From: a virus
Taxonomy: Duplodnaviria; Heunggongvirae; Uroviricota; Caudoviricetes
IMG/VR virus record: IMGVR_UViG_3300021387_000529
Location: 1-64,000 of that record
Length of the DNA: 64,000 nucleotides
Direction: 5' to 3' (one strand)
Below, one piece after another: positions 47,081 through 56,842 of this stretch (its first letter is position 1; each line of letters begins with the position of its first letter). Below the pieces are notes generated by a model. It saw only the letters and a program-made list of their open reading frames with translations. It searched no databases and was not told the origin of the DNA. The translations under genes were made by a program, and so were the position numbers.

Positions 47081-47307
47081 CAGAACCCGAAGTCATTGGA
47101 AAGTTTGAAGAATTTAAGAAGGCAATTATTTTGAAAAATGAGACTATTGCCAATCTTACAACACAGAATGAAGGATTGAACATTAAAATTACCGACCTTG
47201 AAGACAAGATTAAGGCATATGAACAGCAGATTGGTAATTTGAAAGAAAATCCATTCTCAGAAAAGGTTGAAAACGCAATTAAGGAATTGGATGAATTGGT
47301 TAAATAA
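47077..47307 (+). CDS. Small coiled-coil protein
   Basis: Heptad pattern; overlaps upstream stop (ATGA). Confidence 0.7.
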   Translation: MTEPEVIGKFEEFKKAIILKNETIANLTTQNEGLNIKITDLEDKIKAYEQQIGNLKENPFSEKVENAIKELDELVK

Positions 47308-47394
47308 AGTTAATCTCATATTTGTAAAATTGATAATTATTTTTGAATTATAGAAATCAAAAATAATTAGAGAGTTTAAGACTAATTAAACATT

Positions 47395-48069
47395 ATGAGA
47401 AAAAAGTTGATGATGGCTTTCATGGTTTGGTTCTCAATAATGTCTGTTTTCATTTCTATGGTTTTCGCAAATGAAAACTTAGAAATAATAAAGAAACAGG
47501 CTTTAGAGTATCACAATCATGAGACATATGAGCTTTGGTACGATGCAGAAAATCATAATCCTGCATATGTAATATGGGACCTTACATTTGAAGATGCAAT
47601 TTTAAGTGAAGCTGTCAATAATAGAACAACTTCTAAATTTACAGTCTGTAAAAGTTCTGTAAAAGAAATTGTATATTCAAAAAGCGGATATGATAAAGGA
47701 CATATGTGTCCATCAAATGACAGAGACTGGTCGAAAGAGTCTTCTTATAACACATTCCGGATGTGTAATGTGTGCCCTCAAACTCCAGCTCTAAATCGTG
47801 GTTCTTGGAAAAAATATGAGAAACGCGGACATGAATTAGCTAAAAAGTATCAGAAAGTGACCATTGCTGCTGGTCCTATCTATGAGAATAACGAAAATGT
47901 TTTTCTTATTAAGGGTGGGGTAAGAATTCCAGATGCTTTTTTCAAAGTTTTCTATGCAGATGGAAAATTTTTAGAAGCATACATTTTCTATCAAGATGGT
48001 TCAACTGTTACTAAAAGCATATCTGATATTGAGAAAGTTGCGAAGTTACAGTTTGTCGCAAAAAGATAA
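47395..48069 (+). CDS. Secreted DNA/RNA non-specific endonuclease (NucA/Serratia type)
   Basis: Signal peptide; SGYDKGHMCP..D...TF...N..PQ...LNRG.W...E, GP, IP..FFKV. Confidence 0.9.
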   Translation: MRKKLMMAFMVWFSIMSVFISMVFANENLEIIKKQALEYHNHETYELWYDAENHNPAYVIWDLTFEDAILSEAVNNRTTSKFTVCKSSVKEIVYSKSGYDKGHMCPSNDRDWSKESSYNTFRMCNVCPQTPALNRGSWKKYEKRGHELAKKYQKVTIAAGPIYENNENVFLIKGGVRIPDAFFKVFYADGKFLEAYIFYQDGSTVTKSISDIEKVAKLQFVAKR

Positions 48070-48081
48070 AAGGAGAAAAAC

Positions 48082-48915
48082 ATGAAAAAGATTTTTGCTG
48101 TATTGGCAATGGTTTTTGCCGTTTTTGTATTGACAGCAGAAGAGAAAGTATTGCTTGACCCACAGTCAACTGCAAGCATTGGTGATGAGAATATCTCATA
48201 TGTTGAGAACTTTACAATTGGCTCAACAAGCGGATATTTTACAGATGGTAATTTGAAGATTTTGCCACCAACAGAAGATGGTTTCAGAGTTTTGGCGATT
48301 GATGTTCCACGCTCAGATGTATCTTCTTATGACTTAATTCCTGCATATCCATCATTTTTGAATGAAGGAACAGACGGTGCTGGTGCTATCTCAAATGCTG
48401 GCGCAATTAAGAAAGTCGAAGTTGAAGTTATGTTTAACCGTCCTTATGATGAAGTCATGCTGCTATATTCAACTTCGCCAAATGGTCCTGTAAAAACAAT
48501 TAAACTTATTCCTGAAGATGGAAAAGCAATTGAGACTATGGTGCCAATTAAGATGGTTTCAGTTGACTTGAATTATAATGACAATGTAAAGACACGTGAA
48601 ATTAAAGCTGATCCAGCTCTTGGTGGTGATGCAACTGGCATCTATTTTAGAGGTTATCGTATTCGTGTAAATCCAGCTTATGGTGTAAATGAATATTCGC
48701 CTTGGTCTATTGTATATTTTAAGCAGACAAAGGTAATTTATGATTTGCGTTTTACACCTGAGCAGTGGGAAATGCGTGAAAAGCTCAAAGAAGAATGGAA
48801 AATTGACGATGGTTCTGGAGCTGCTAAAGCTAAGGCAATCAATGAGATCACTTATCGAAAGAAACTTGAAGCTATTGAACAGTCGAAAATGCATGTTGAA
48901 TTGAAACAACAGTAA
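48082..48915 (+). CDS. flaA: Spirochaete flagellar filament outer-layer (sheath) protein FlaA homologue
   Basis: Signal peptide then EEKVLLD; IPAY; GAGAISNAGAIKKVEV; NY..NVKTREIK..P; F.G..I; YFKQTKVIYD; IEQSKM, collinear with recalled Treponema FlaA motifs (GYGVVKNVGVLKSI, YISDVRSREVR, YFKDVKIIYD, IEQEKL). Confidence 0.8.
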   Translation: MKKIFAVLAMVFAVFVLTAEEKVLLDPQSTASIGDENISYVENFTIGSTSGYFTDGNLKILPPTEDGFRVLAIDVPRSDVSSYDLIPAYPSFLNEGTDGAGAISNAGAIKKVEVEVMFNRPYDEVMLLYSTSPNGPVKTIKLIPEDGKAIETMVPIKMVSVDLNYNDNVKTREIKADPALGGDATGIYFRGYRIRVNPAYGVNEYSPWSIVYFKQTKVIYDLRFTPEQWEMREKLKEEWKIDDGSGAAKAKAINEITYRKKLEAIEQSKMHVELKQQ

Positions 48916-48921
48916 TTAAAC

Positions 48922-48950
48922 TGCCGCTCAAAAAAAGAGCGGCATTTTTT
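48922..48950 (+). terminator. Intrinsic terminator
   Basis: TGCCGCTC-loop-GAGCGGCA-TTTTTT. Confidence 0.8.
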
Positions 48951-48965
48951 ATTAATCTTCATATT

Positions 48966-49802
48966 ATGAGTTACGACGCAAAATATGAAAGAATAAAAGT
49001 CTTTGAAAATACATTATCTATCATTGAAAGAATTCCAAAAGTAAAAAACTCACAAGAAAAATCTATTGAAAAAACATTGGTTTACCATGAAGGTGGTAAA
49101 TTTGAAAAGCACGAAAAGACATTTCCAAAAACAAATATTATAGTTACACGAAACAGAACGATGGAAGCTGGAAGAAAATGGGCAAAAGTTGGAAATACAG
49201 CTGTCTTAAATTTCGCTTCAGCAACTAATCCAGGCGGAGGCGTAACAAGAGGCTCGATTGCACAAGAAGAATGTTTGTGTCGTGTTTCAACTTTGTTTAA
49301 TTGTTTGAACACGCCTTTGAATTGGAACTTATTTTACAATCCAAACAGAAAAATGAAAGACCCACTTCATGATGACAAAGTAATTTATACACCAAAGGTT
49401 TGTGTTATCAAAGATGATGACTACAAAACTCTTGATGAAAAAGAATTCTTTTTTGTAGATGTCATTACTTGTGCTGCTCCAAACTTACGTGAAAAACCTC
49501 AAAATTATTGCAACGCTGGTGAAAGTGACGTGGCTGTTTCAATCACTCCAGAAAAATTGTATGATATTCATGTTCAACGTGCTCGAAAAATTCTCGATAT
49601 AGCAGCTATGCATTGGATTAAAAATCTCGTGCTTGGAGCATTTGGTTGTGGAGCTTTTAAGAATGACCCAAACATTGTTGCTCGAGCATATGCTGATGTT
49701 TTGAAAGACTATGATGGCGTTTTCGAGAATATTGAGTTTGCTGTATATTGTGGAAGCGATACATCAAACTATGATATTTTCAAGAAGACTTTATGTAAAT
49801 AA
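48966..49802 (+). CDS. TIGR02452/DUF2263 bacterial PARG-like ADP-ribose glycohydrolase
   Basis: LNFASATNPGGG...GSIAQEECLCR; VITCAAPN; LVLGAFGCGAFKN. Confidence 0.9.
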   Translation: MSYDAKYERIKVFENTLSIIERIPKVKNSQEKSIEKTLVYHEGGKFEKHEKTFPKTNIIVTRNRTMEAGRKWAKVGNTAVLNFASATNPGGGVTRGSIAQEECLCRVSTLFNCLNTPLNWNLFYNPNRKMKDPLHDDKVIYTPKVCVIKDDDYKTLDEKEFFFVDVITCAAPNLREKPQNYCNAGESDVAVSITPEKLYDIHVQRARKILDIAAMHWIKNLVLGAFGCGAFKNDPNIVARAYADVLKDYDGVFENIEFAVYCGSDTSNYDIFKKTLCK

Positions 49803-49811
49803 TTTGGTGGA

Positions 49812-50219
49812 ATGAAGCACATGAAAAAAAGGAATAAAATTTATTTAAGTGGTTGTATGACAATGGACAAAGACCATTTCAAAGAGCATTTCGCTGAAGC
49901 TGAGAAAACTCTTTCTGAGATGGGTTATGAGGTTACAAACACTTCAAAAGTTGAATGGGATGAAGGAATTGCGAATGAATGCGGAGATGCTTGGGGCGAC
50001 AAAGCTTGGCGTGAATACATTAAACGTGACATAGACCTTGTTGCTCAGCATGATGCAGTTGCTCTTCTTTCAAATTGGGAATTTTCAATGGGAGCATATG
50101 CTGAATTAGCTTCTGCACAAAGGCATGGTCTTAAGATTGTTTTTGAAAAAGACGGCTTCAAAAAAATTATTTCAGATTGGAAGATAAAAGATTTAAAAAA
50201 TATTGAACTTTCTTTGTAG
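49812..50219 (+). CDS. DUF4406 (nucleoside deoxyribosyltransferase-like) protein
   Basis: KIYLSG.MT...F..AE..L...GY...D.V.LL..WE.S.GA..E. Confidence 0.8.
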   Translation: MKHMKKRNKIYLSGCMTMDKDHFKEHFAEAEKTLSEMGYEVTNTSKVEWDEGIANECGDAWGDKAWREYIKRDIDLVAQHDAVALLSNWEFSMGAYAELASAQRHGLKIVFEKDGFKKIISDWKIKDLKNIELSL

Positions 50220-50232
50220 TTTTCATATATTA
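50203..50232 (+). promoter_or_regulatory. Putative early promoter TTGAA-N15-TCATATATTA
   Basis: Recurrent motif. Confidence 0.75.
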
Positions 50233-50267
50233 TATTCGTAAATCACGCTGATTGAGAGGTACTGAAT

Positions 50268-50432
50268 ATGAAGATTGAACTTGAAAATGAGAAACTTGGA
50301 CTTACAGCTGAAAGCAAAGGTCGCTGGTGGACAGTCCGCCAGAATGGAAAAGTTATCGTTGAAAATGCTTCAAGAAGTGTTGCAATTCATGAGTACTTCG
50401 CAATCGTAAAAGCCGCAAAGGAGAATGCATAA
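50268..50432 (+). CDS. Small early protein (54 aa)
   Basis: GAGG RBS; MKIELENEKLGLTAESKGRWWTVRQNG... Confidence 0.65.
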   Translation: MKIELENEKLGLTAESKGRWWTVRQNGKVIVENASRSVAIHEYFAIVKAAKENA

Positions 50433-50435
50433 AAT

Positions 50436-50570
50436 ATGAAAAAGGTAGTTCTTTATTTTGAAGTTGGCGGTATGGAAGACTGTATCGAGTTTACAGATGA
50501 AAGAGAATTTAAGAAGTTTGTCATGGACTCATTCGACAATCCAAATCTCATTATCACAAAGGTTGAATAA
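50436..50570 (+). CDS. Small protein (44 aa)
   Basis: AGGAG upstream; MKKVVLYFEVGGMEDC... Confidence 0.55.
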   Translation: MKKVVLYFEVGGMEDCIEFTDEREFKKFVMDSFDNPNLIITKVE

Positions 50571-50572
50571 CT

Positions 50573-51523
50573 ATGGAAAAAACATATTACTGCTTTACAA
50601 ATGAAGAAAGTGAAAAAGAATTGAAATGGTTTTTTGACCATGTAATCGAAAAACCGCTGGCGCATGAGTCATATTTGATGTGTATCTCATCTCGTGCCAA
50701 AAAGGTTTCAAAAGAAGAACGTGAACGCATTCAGCTTGGACGAGGCGAAATGATGCGTGAAAATGTTATCACATCTCGTGGTAAAGACATGATTTGGAAC
50801 TTCGATTGGTTCAAAAGTTTTATTTACAGATATGAATGTCCAGTTGAAGGTATGACTACTAAGACTGGTGACCCATATCCTCAGAACTCGCTTGTTTTGT
50901 ATGTTTACGTTAATCCAAGTGATGAACACAAAGTTTTGATGGACACTACGAATGCAACTTTCCAGATGCTTTCTGACCTCATCAACTCTGCAACAATGGA
51001 AAGAAGTGATGGCATCAAGGAACAGCTCTTCAAACTGCGAACAATTGACAAACATAAGAAAACTTGCCGTGCGACAAATGTTTCACGCCATCTCTGGACA
51101 CAGTTTGACTTTGACTTCAGTGATGATGTGAAGAAAGATGAAGACTTACAGCGTGATGTATTAAACCAGCTTTTGATTGTTGGTCGTGCGCTTTTCGGTA
51201 AAGGTAATTTGGTTGTTGTACGAACTTCTGGTGGTTATCATGTTCTTGTTCACCGTGAAGGTATGAAGAACTGGAACTCAGAATGCCGCCCTAAGAAGAT
51301 GTGGAATGATGCGTTGAAGTTTGCTGACCCAATCAATGACTACATCAAAATTGTAACTTGGGAACTCAACAACATCTCAACCAAACATTTTACAGAGGTA
51401 CCAAAAATCAGATGGTTTGATGAATGGGTTAAAACTGGCCAATCATTCTTACCATGCCCTGGTACTCTTCAGTATGGTGATTTCTTTGTAAAAGTTGTAA
51501 ATAAGGAGGACTTTGATGCGTAA
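50573..51523 (+). CDS. AEP-superfamily (primase-polymerase-like) protein
   Basis: QFDFD, VRTSGGYHVL, PCPGTLQ motifs. Confidence 0.6.
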   Translation: MEKTYYCFTNEESEKELKWFFDHVIEKPLAHESYLMCISSRAKKVSKEERERIQLGRGEMMRENVITSRGKDMIWNFDWFKSFIYRYECPVEGMTTKTGDPYPQNSLVLYVYVNPSDEHKVLMDTTNATFQMLSDLINSATMERSDGIKEQLFKLRTIDKHKKTCRATNVSRHLWTQFDFDFSDDVKKDEDLQRDVLNQLLIVGRALFGKGNLVVVRTSGGYHVLVHREGMKNWNSECRPKKMWNDALKFADPINDYIKIVTWELNNISTKHFTEVPKIRWFDEWVKTGQSFLPCPGTLQYGDFFVKVVNKEDFDA

Positions 51524-52205
51524 TCCAAATGAAAAGTTGTCTGAAATGACAAAAGATGAGATTGTCAATTTTGAGTTTCAGCGGCTTCAGGATGCTCTTG
51601 TCAAAAATGATGCTACAAAACTGAGAAACATTCAGGAAGACATCAGAACAAAGTTTGCGAAATACAAGCGCGAATATGAGCCTTGGTCTGCTAAGATTGA
51701 AAAGTTTAACAGAGAAGCTGACGCTCATTTTGCTGAGGACAAAGAGATTAAAAAGAGGGTTGCGAGCAATCCGATGATTGCTGAGCTTAAAAACTTCTTC
51801 AATGCTCTTCATTATACTTCCATATCATTGTTGGTATTTGGGCCAGTCTATCAGATTTACCATCTTGCGACACATGGTTGGGCTAATTCAACTTACATGT
51901 TCTTAGCATTTTTTTGGATCGTGCTGATTGCTCGCCTCAGTTTCGAGTTCTATGTTGAGTACCCAGAATTTGTTACAAAACATAAGCACAAGTTTCCGAA
52001 AGACTTCTGCCACAAGGAAATGGCGCAAGCTTTCTTGAAATATGATGCGTATTGCAGTTGTGACACATTGGCAATGTTGTTTGACAGATTTGTATTCAGC
52101 AAGCAACTCGCTGATTGTATACCAGTTCTTGATGCATATCCAGATGCAAAAAGAGCTATTAATATTAAATTCAATGAAGTTGTAAAGACAGGAGATATTT
52201 GGTAA
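51516..52205 (+). CDS. Membrane protein (2 TM)
   Basis: AGGAGG RBS; two hydrophobic segments. Confidence 0.65.
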   Translation: MRNPNEKLSEMTKDEIVNFEFQRLQDALVKNDATKLRNIQEDIRTKFAKYKREYEPWSAKIEKFNREADAHFAEDKEIKKRVASNPMIAELKNFFNALHYTSISLLVFGPVYQIYHLATHGWANSTYMFLAFFWIVLIARLSFEFYVEYPEFVTKHKHKFPKDFCHKEMAQAFLKYDAYCSCDTLAMLFDRFVFSKQLADCIPVLDAYPDAKRAINIKFNEVVKTGDIW

Positions 52206-52207
52206 AA

Positions 52208-52768
52208 ATGGCAAAGTATTTTATTGTAATTGACATGCAGAATGACTTCGTAACAGGAAGTTTGGCAAATCCGGCAGCAGCCGCAACTATTCCGTTCATC
52301 AAGAACCAGATTGAGCATTTCAAAGCAAAAGGTTATCAGATTGTGTTCACACGTGATACACACTTTAAAAATTACCTCAAAACAAATGAGGGAAAACATC
52401 TTCCAGTTGTTCACTGTATTGAAGGCACAAAAGGTTGGGAAATTGTTCCGGAGTTGAATGGCACACCTGAAGCAAAAGTTATTGACAAAACACATTTCGG
52501 TTTTACTGGTTGGGCAGACCTTATTAAGCCTGGCGATGAAGTTGTAATGTGTGGAACAGTAACATCAATTTGTGTCGTGAGCAACGCTCTTGCAATGAAA
52601 GCTCTCAGCAATGTTGAAGTTACAATTCTTGCAGAAGGTTGTTCTGGACTTTCAAATGAAGACCACGAAGCTGCATTAAAAGTTATGGAATGTTGCCAGT
52701 GTAAAGTTATCCGTGACCTTGCAGCTACAGTTGCAGAAGAAAATGCTGCTCAGGAAGCTGGAGCATAA
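52208..52768 (+). CDS. pncA: Nicotinamidase (isochorismatase family)
   Basis: IVIDMQNDF..GSL, TRDTH, HC..GT.GW, DK..F, G..T.ICV..NA. Confidence 0.85.
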   Translation: MAKYFIVIDMQNDFVTGSLANPAAAATIPFIKNQIEHFKAKGYQIVFTRDTHFKNYLKTNEGKHLPVVHCIEGTKGWEIVPELNGTPEAKVIDKTHFGFTGWADLIKPGDEVVMCGTVTSICVVSNALAMKALSNVEVTILAEGCSGLSNEDHEAALKVMECCQCKVIRDLAATVAEENAAQEAGA

Positions 52769-52771
52769 AAT

Positions 52772-53062
52772 ATGAAAAAATACACAATAAGAGCAGAGAT
52801 TAGCGGATGGGCAACTGTTGCTTGCAATGATGATGACGATTACGAAGATTTAGACTGCGGCGATTATGACTATTCTGCTGGAAATTCTGGAGCTTCTTTC
52901 AATAAAGAGGTTATAGTTGATGTAGAAGCTCCAGATGATGTGTCAACAGACTCTAAAGAATTTAGAGAACTTGTAAGAGATGCGGCATTTGAAAACTTTG
53001 ATTCTGGAAATTTGGATATTCTCGATGGTGAGAATGACTTGGATGATTTTGAAGTTCTATGA
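52772..53062 (+). CDS. Highly acidic small protein
   Basis: Asp/Glu-rich 96-aa ORF. Confidence 0.65.
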   Translation: MKKYTIRAEISGWATVACNDDDDYEDLDCGDYDYSAGNSGASFNKEVIVDVEAPDDVSTDSKEFRELVRDAAFENFDSGNLDILDGENDLDDFEVL

Positions 53063-53229
53063 GCATTGCAGTAACAAAATACAAGCTTCTTGCTTACAAA
53101 GATGAGGTGCTTGTAGCAAGAGTAATAACCGAAAATGAGACTCAAATCTGTAAACTTGCTGATGAGTTACGAAAAAACGGTTATATGGTCAGACTATACG
53201 ATATAGTGCCTACTTGCACAGGGAGATAA
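53059..53229 (+). CDS. Small hypothetical protein (56 aa)
   Basis: ATGA overlap with upstream gene; fills the gap. Confidence 0.5.
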   Translation: MSIAVTKYKLLAYKDEVLVARVITENETQICKLADELRKNGYMVRLYDIVPTCTGR

Positions 53230-53232
53230 AAA

Positions 53233-54090
53233 ATGAGCAGTTATTTGGACATTTCTATTGAAAGACAACTTGAAAACGGAAAATGGGTAAATTTCATCAA
53301 TTGTTCATCTGAGGATGCGCTTGAGACAGTAAACCTCTATTTGCTTCGTGATGTTTTCAGAGATTGTGAGTACTACACATGTGAAGTTGACAGAACTGAT
53401 GTTGCAAAACAAACTGCTCTAAACTTCGCAACAAAAATCCATAGACAGAATGGTGTTTTCAATTCTGTTTCAGAAGGCTCACCACTTTGGCCATACGACA
53501 AAGAAGAGCATGATATAAAAATCGAAACTCTTGACATATTGTCTAAAATGGAAGAGCTCGATAGAAATGATAACTTTCGCTTTAGCGAAGTTGTTTTGAC
53601 TTTGCGTGATGGAACAGAACTGGTCTTTGCTACGCCATACAATGCTCTAAATGAGCTGCGATACAATCCAGACTACAAAGATAAAGAACCTGCACATATC
53701 TTCAGAGACACAGTTATCATTCGTAAGTTCTTCGACAAAGATGGAGATGAAGTTGTTCAGTATCAGGTTCCAAATCACACATACCTTTCAACATATGAAG
53801 ATTTGAAAAAGTTTGAGCATGAGATTGAAAGGGAATTAGAAGACGCAAAGCGGTCCCAGAGTGATGAGGTGCGTCTCAGTTCAATCCTTGCTGATGAGGT
53901 TAGTGAATTAAAGCCTGAAGAAATGGAAGGCCCTCTGGGTGAAATTGTGAAGCGTTTGATTGCGCATAATGACGGTGATTTTTACTACACTCTAGACTAT
54001 GTTGAAAGTCTTGGAAATGTTCTTGACGAGCTTCATTTCTTAATTCGTCTTGTTGGCAAAAATGGTCGTATCATATGGAGGGTTTCATAA
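53233..54090 (+). CDS. Hypothetical protein
   Basis: GGAG RBS, 285 aa. Confidence 0.7.
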   Translation: MSSYLDISIERQLENGKWVNFINCSSEDALETVNLYLLRDVFRDCEYYTCEVDRTDVAKQTALNFATKIHRQNGVFNSVSEGSPLWPYDKEEHDIKIETLDILSKMEELDRNDNFRFSEVVLTLRDGTELVFATPYNALNELRYNPDYKDKEPAHIFRDTVIIRKFFDKDGDEVVQYQVPNHTYLSTYEDLKKFEHEIERELEDAKRSQSDEVRLSSILADEVSELKPEEMEGPLGEIVKRLIAHNDGDFYYTLDYVESLGNVLDELHFLIRLVGKNGRIIWRVS

Positions 54091-54091
54091 T

Positions 54092-54577
54092 ATGGGTAGT
54101 TTTTTCAGACAGATTATTGAGCCTGAACTTCCAAAAGCAACTTGTCCAAAATGTGGAAAAGAATACATAGCTGCTAGTATTCATCAACAGTATGCGCCAC
54201 ATGTTAATGAGATGTGCTATTCATGTTGGAAAAGTCAATTTCAAGGTCGTAAGCTGACAAGAGAAGAAATTCAAGAAGCTGCAGAAAGTTTTATTGAAGA
54301 GAAATCGAAGTTTGGTTATTACGATTGTAGTCTTCCAGACTTCTACTCAAAAGAACAAGAAGAAGCTATTCTTAGAAGAGTTGGCGAAATCTATGCTGAA
54401 AGAGAAGCTGCAAAAGAAGCAGAAACTCGTGCAATCTATCTCAAGAAAGCTGAGAAGTTTATAGAAGAAAATGGAAATGACACTAAAAACATTGTGGCAG
54501 CTCTTCTTCGACTTATTGATGATAATTATACAAGACTTGACAGAAAAGTGCCGCTTTCAGAAATGAGATTTGGTTAA
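54092..54577 (+). CDS. Zn-finger-containing hypothetical protein
   Basis: CPKCG...CYSC; GGAGG RBS. Confidence 0.65.
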   Translation: MGSFFRQIIEPELPKATCPKCGKEYIAASIHQQYAPHVNEMCYSCWKSQFQGRKLTREEIQEAAESFIEEKSKFGYYDCSLPDFYSKEQEEAILRRVGEIYAEREAAKEAETRAIYLKKAEKFIEENGNDTKNIVAALLRLIDDNYTRLDRKVPLSEMRFG

Positions 54578-54584
54578 AAATTTT

Positions 54585-54614
54585 TTGAACAATTTTTCAA
54601 AACTTCATATATTA
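54585..54614 (+). promoter_or_regulatory. Putative early promoter TTGAA-N15-TCATATATTA
   Basis: Recurrent motif. Confidence 0.75.
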
Positions 54615-54634
54615 TTTATGTATGGAGGTCAAAA

Positions 54635-55114
54635 ATGATTGATGAATCTTTCGGTGAGTTTTCACAGACAACACATATTATTGGAGCAAAAATCCAGATG
54701 GATATTTCAATCTGGTATAAGGTTGGAGTGAATGGTCCAGAGTGTGGCAGGTGTTCATTCTCATTTGACAAAACTCCAGAAGAATACCGTGGAAAAATTC
54801 GTACATTTACGACCAAATCATATGAAGCTGCTTCAATCCTCAACCAAATTATCAGTAAAAGCTTCAAAGATGTGGGTTACAAACACTACAAGTCAAGAGA
54901 CATCAAAGAGCTTTTCTCTGATGATTGGAAGAGAATTGTTGAAAAGTGGGAAGTCGAAGCTTCTAAAGAAAAGTTTGGGCAGTTCCAGGTTGAGCTGAAA
55001 AAATTGTTGGAAAAATATGGATATGAGATGAATGCTGAGTCTGAGTCTTACGATGGTGACCATGCTTATATCACAGTCTTTGATACTAAAACAGGAAATG
55101 AATACTTTCTTTGA
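54635..55114 (+). CDS. Hypothetical early protein
   Basis: GGAGG RBS. Confidence 0.7.
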   Translation: MIDESFGEFSQTTHIIGAKIQMDISIWYKVGVNGPECGRCSFSFDKTPEEYRGKIRTFTTKSYEAASILNQIISKSFKDVGYKHYKSRDIKELFSDDWKRIVEKWEVEASKEKFGQFQVELKKLLEKYGYEMNAESESYDGDHAYITVFDTKTGNEYFL

Positions 55115-55128
55115 AAGAGGATAGATAA

Positions 55129-55935
55129 ATGGCAAACATTGACTACAATAAACTGCATGATGACATTACGCAGTGGACAGTCGACTGGTTCCTGAAAAAT
55201 GGCGGTGACTATGCAGTAATTGGTATCAGCGGAGGAAAAGACTCTTCAATTTGTGCTGCTATTCTTGCTGAAGCGCTCGGACCGCAAAGAGTTGTTGGCG
55301 TTCTTATGCCAAATGGCAAACAGAGTGACATTGAAGACTCACACAGAGTTGTTGAAGCTCTCGGAATTAAGAGCATTGAAGTAAACATTGGTTCAGCTTA
55401 TGAAGCTCTTCAGAAGAACATTGATGTTCCTTTCGGCCCGGAAGATTGGACTAAACTCTTCACAACTAACACGCCTGCACGTTTGCGTATGGTTACACTG
55501 TATGGAGTTGCTGCTCAGATTAACGGCCGCGTTGTAAATACATGCAATCTTTCAGAAGACTTCGTTGGTTACTCAACAAAGTGGGGTGATGCAACTGGCG
55601 ACTTCAGTCTTCTTGGAAAGCTCACAAAGACTGAAGTTGTAAGACTTGGTGATACTTTCAAAAACCTTCCATTTGACTTGGTTCATAAAACTCCTTCAGA
55701 TGGAATGTGTGGAAAGTCTGATGAAGACAATATGGGTTTTACTTATGAGCTTCTTGACAAACTTATTCGCAATGAGCCGCTTGACCTTTCTGAGTTCTAC
55801 AGAAATCTTGAAGCAGTCAACAAAATTTTGAAGATGAACTTGCATCCGAATACAAAGAAAAAGCTCGTTGTATTCGATGTTTATGACCCGGGTCTTCCAA
55901 TCGTTGATCCAACAAAGCTCTTCAACGTATATTAA
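55129..55935 (+). CDS. nadE: NH3-dependent NAD+ synthetase
   Basis: GISGGKDS, N..ARLRM..LY, NTCNLSE..VGYSTKWGD, KTPSDG...DE...G.TY..LD. Confidence 0.95.
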   Translation: MANIDYNKLHDDITQWTVDWFLKNGGDYAVIGISGGKDSSICAAILAEALGPQRVVGVLMPNGKQSDIEDSHRVVEALGIKSIEVNIGSAYEALQKNIDVPFGPEDWTKLFTTNTPARLRMVTLYGVAAQINGRVVNTCNLSEDFVGYSTKWGDATGDFSLLGKLTKTEVVRLGDTFKNLPFDLVHKTPSDGMCGKSDEDNMGFTYELLDKLIRNEPLDLSEFYRNLEAVNKILKMNLHPNTKKKLVVFDVYDPGLPIVDPTKLFNVY

Positions 55936-56136
55936 TCTTATTTACGAGATATGATTGGAGATTTTTATTCTAAATATATGGGTTATATTGGCGAAATGAG
56001 ACCTATGCTTAGTAGCTTAGGACTTGGTGAAAGCTGGTTAGACCTTGATAAAACATTAAAAAACGAGAACTTTAAAGAGTTTCTCGATAATAAAAAACCC
56101 TCGGAAGAAACTGAGGACATAGAGGAGAAAAGTGCT

Positions 56137-56787
56137 ATGGATATGAATGGCATGTTTAATGGAATGTTTGGCCACCTCGGCAGTGGTATGTGTCGACTTG
56201 GAATTAACGGTAATGTTGCTGTTAAAACTGCAAATGGTTACAAGACTTATAACGTCGAGACTGGTAACTTGACGAATGTAACTCAGTTCTGTTTTGACAT
56301 CGGTCAGGAGTTCTTCTTCGTGATGCCTACAACTAAGGCTAAGAAAGGTGACATTCTGTTGATTGATGGACATCCGAAATGCGTTATCGAAAACAAAGAT
56401 AACAAAACAATCAAAGTTATGGACTACGAAAACAGTGCAATCCAGGAAATCGTTCCTGAGCGCCATGTATTCATGGGCCAGACTTATTTCTACCGCAAGA
56501 TTGTTTCAATGTTTGGAACAAACAATTTCTTGAAAGGCAGCAAGGGTATGAGCAAAATGTTCAAGCTCATGATGCTCAAGGAAATGATGGGCGGTATGCT
56601 TGGTGGGAGCCGCAATTCTGGCTCTGATAATCCTCTTGCTGGTATGCTTCCTATGATGATGATGGGAAACATGTTCGGTGGCGATAAAGATGGCGGACTT
56701 GGTGACTTCACTGAGATGTTCGACCTCGACTTCGATGGTGAAGATGAGGAAGATAAGCCGACTGACGATAAGAAAGCTGCTGAGTAA
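56137..56787 (+). CDS. Protein with Met/Gly-rich repeats
   Basis: GAGGAG RBS before ATG 56137; LMMLKEMMGG, LPMMMMG; in-frame upstream ATG 55951 also possible. Confidence 0.7.
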   Translation: MDMNGMFNGMFGHLGSGMCRLGINGNVAVKTANGYKTYNVETGNLTNVTQFCFDIGQEFFFVMPTTKAKKGDILLIDGHPKCVIENKDNKTIKVMDYENSAIQEIVPERHVFMGQTYFYRKIVSMFGTNNFLKGSKGMSKMFKLMMLKEMMGGMLGGSRNSGSDNPLAGMLPMMMMGNMFGGDKDGGLGDFTEMFDLDFDGEDEEDKPTDDKKAAE

Positions 56788-56842
56788 CAAAAACTAAAAA
56801 AGGGGAGCCGTACGGCTCCCCAACTATTATGGAGGAATTATT

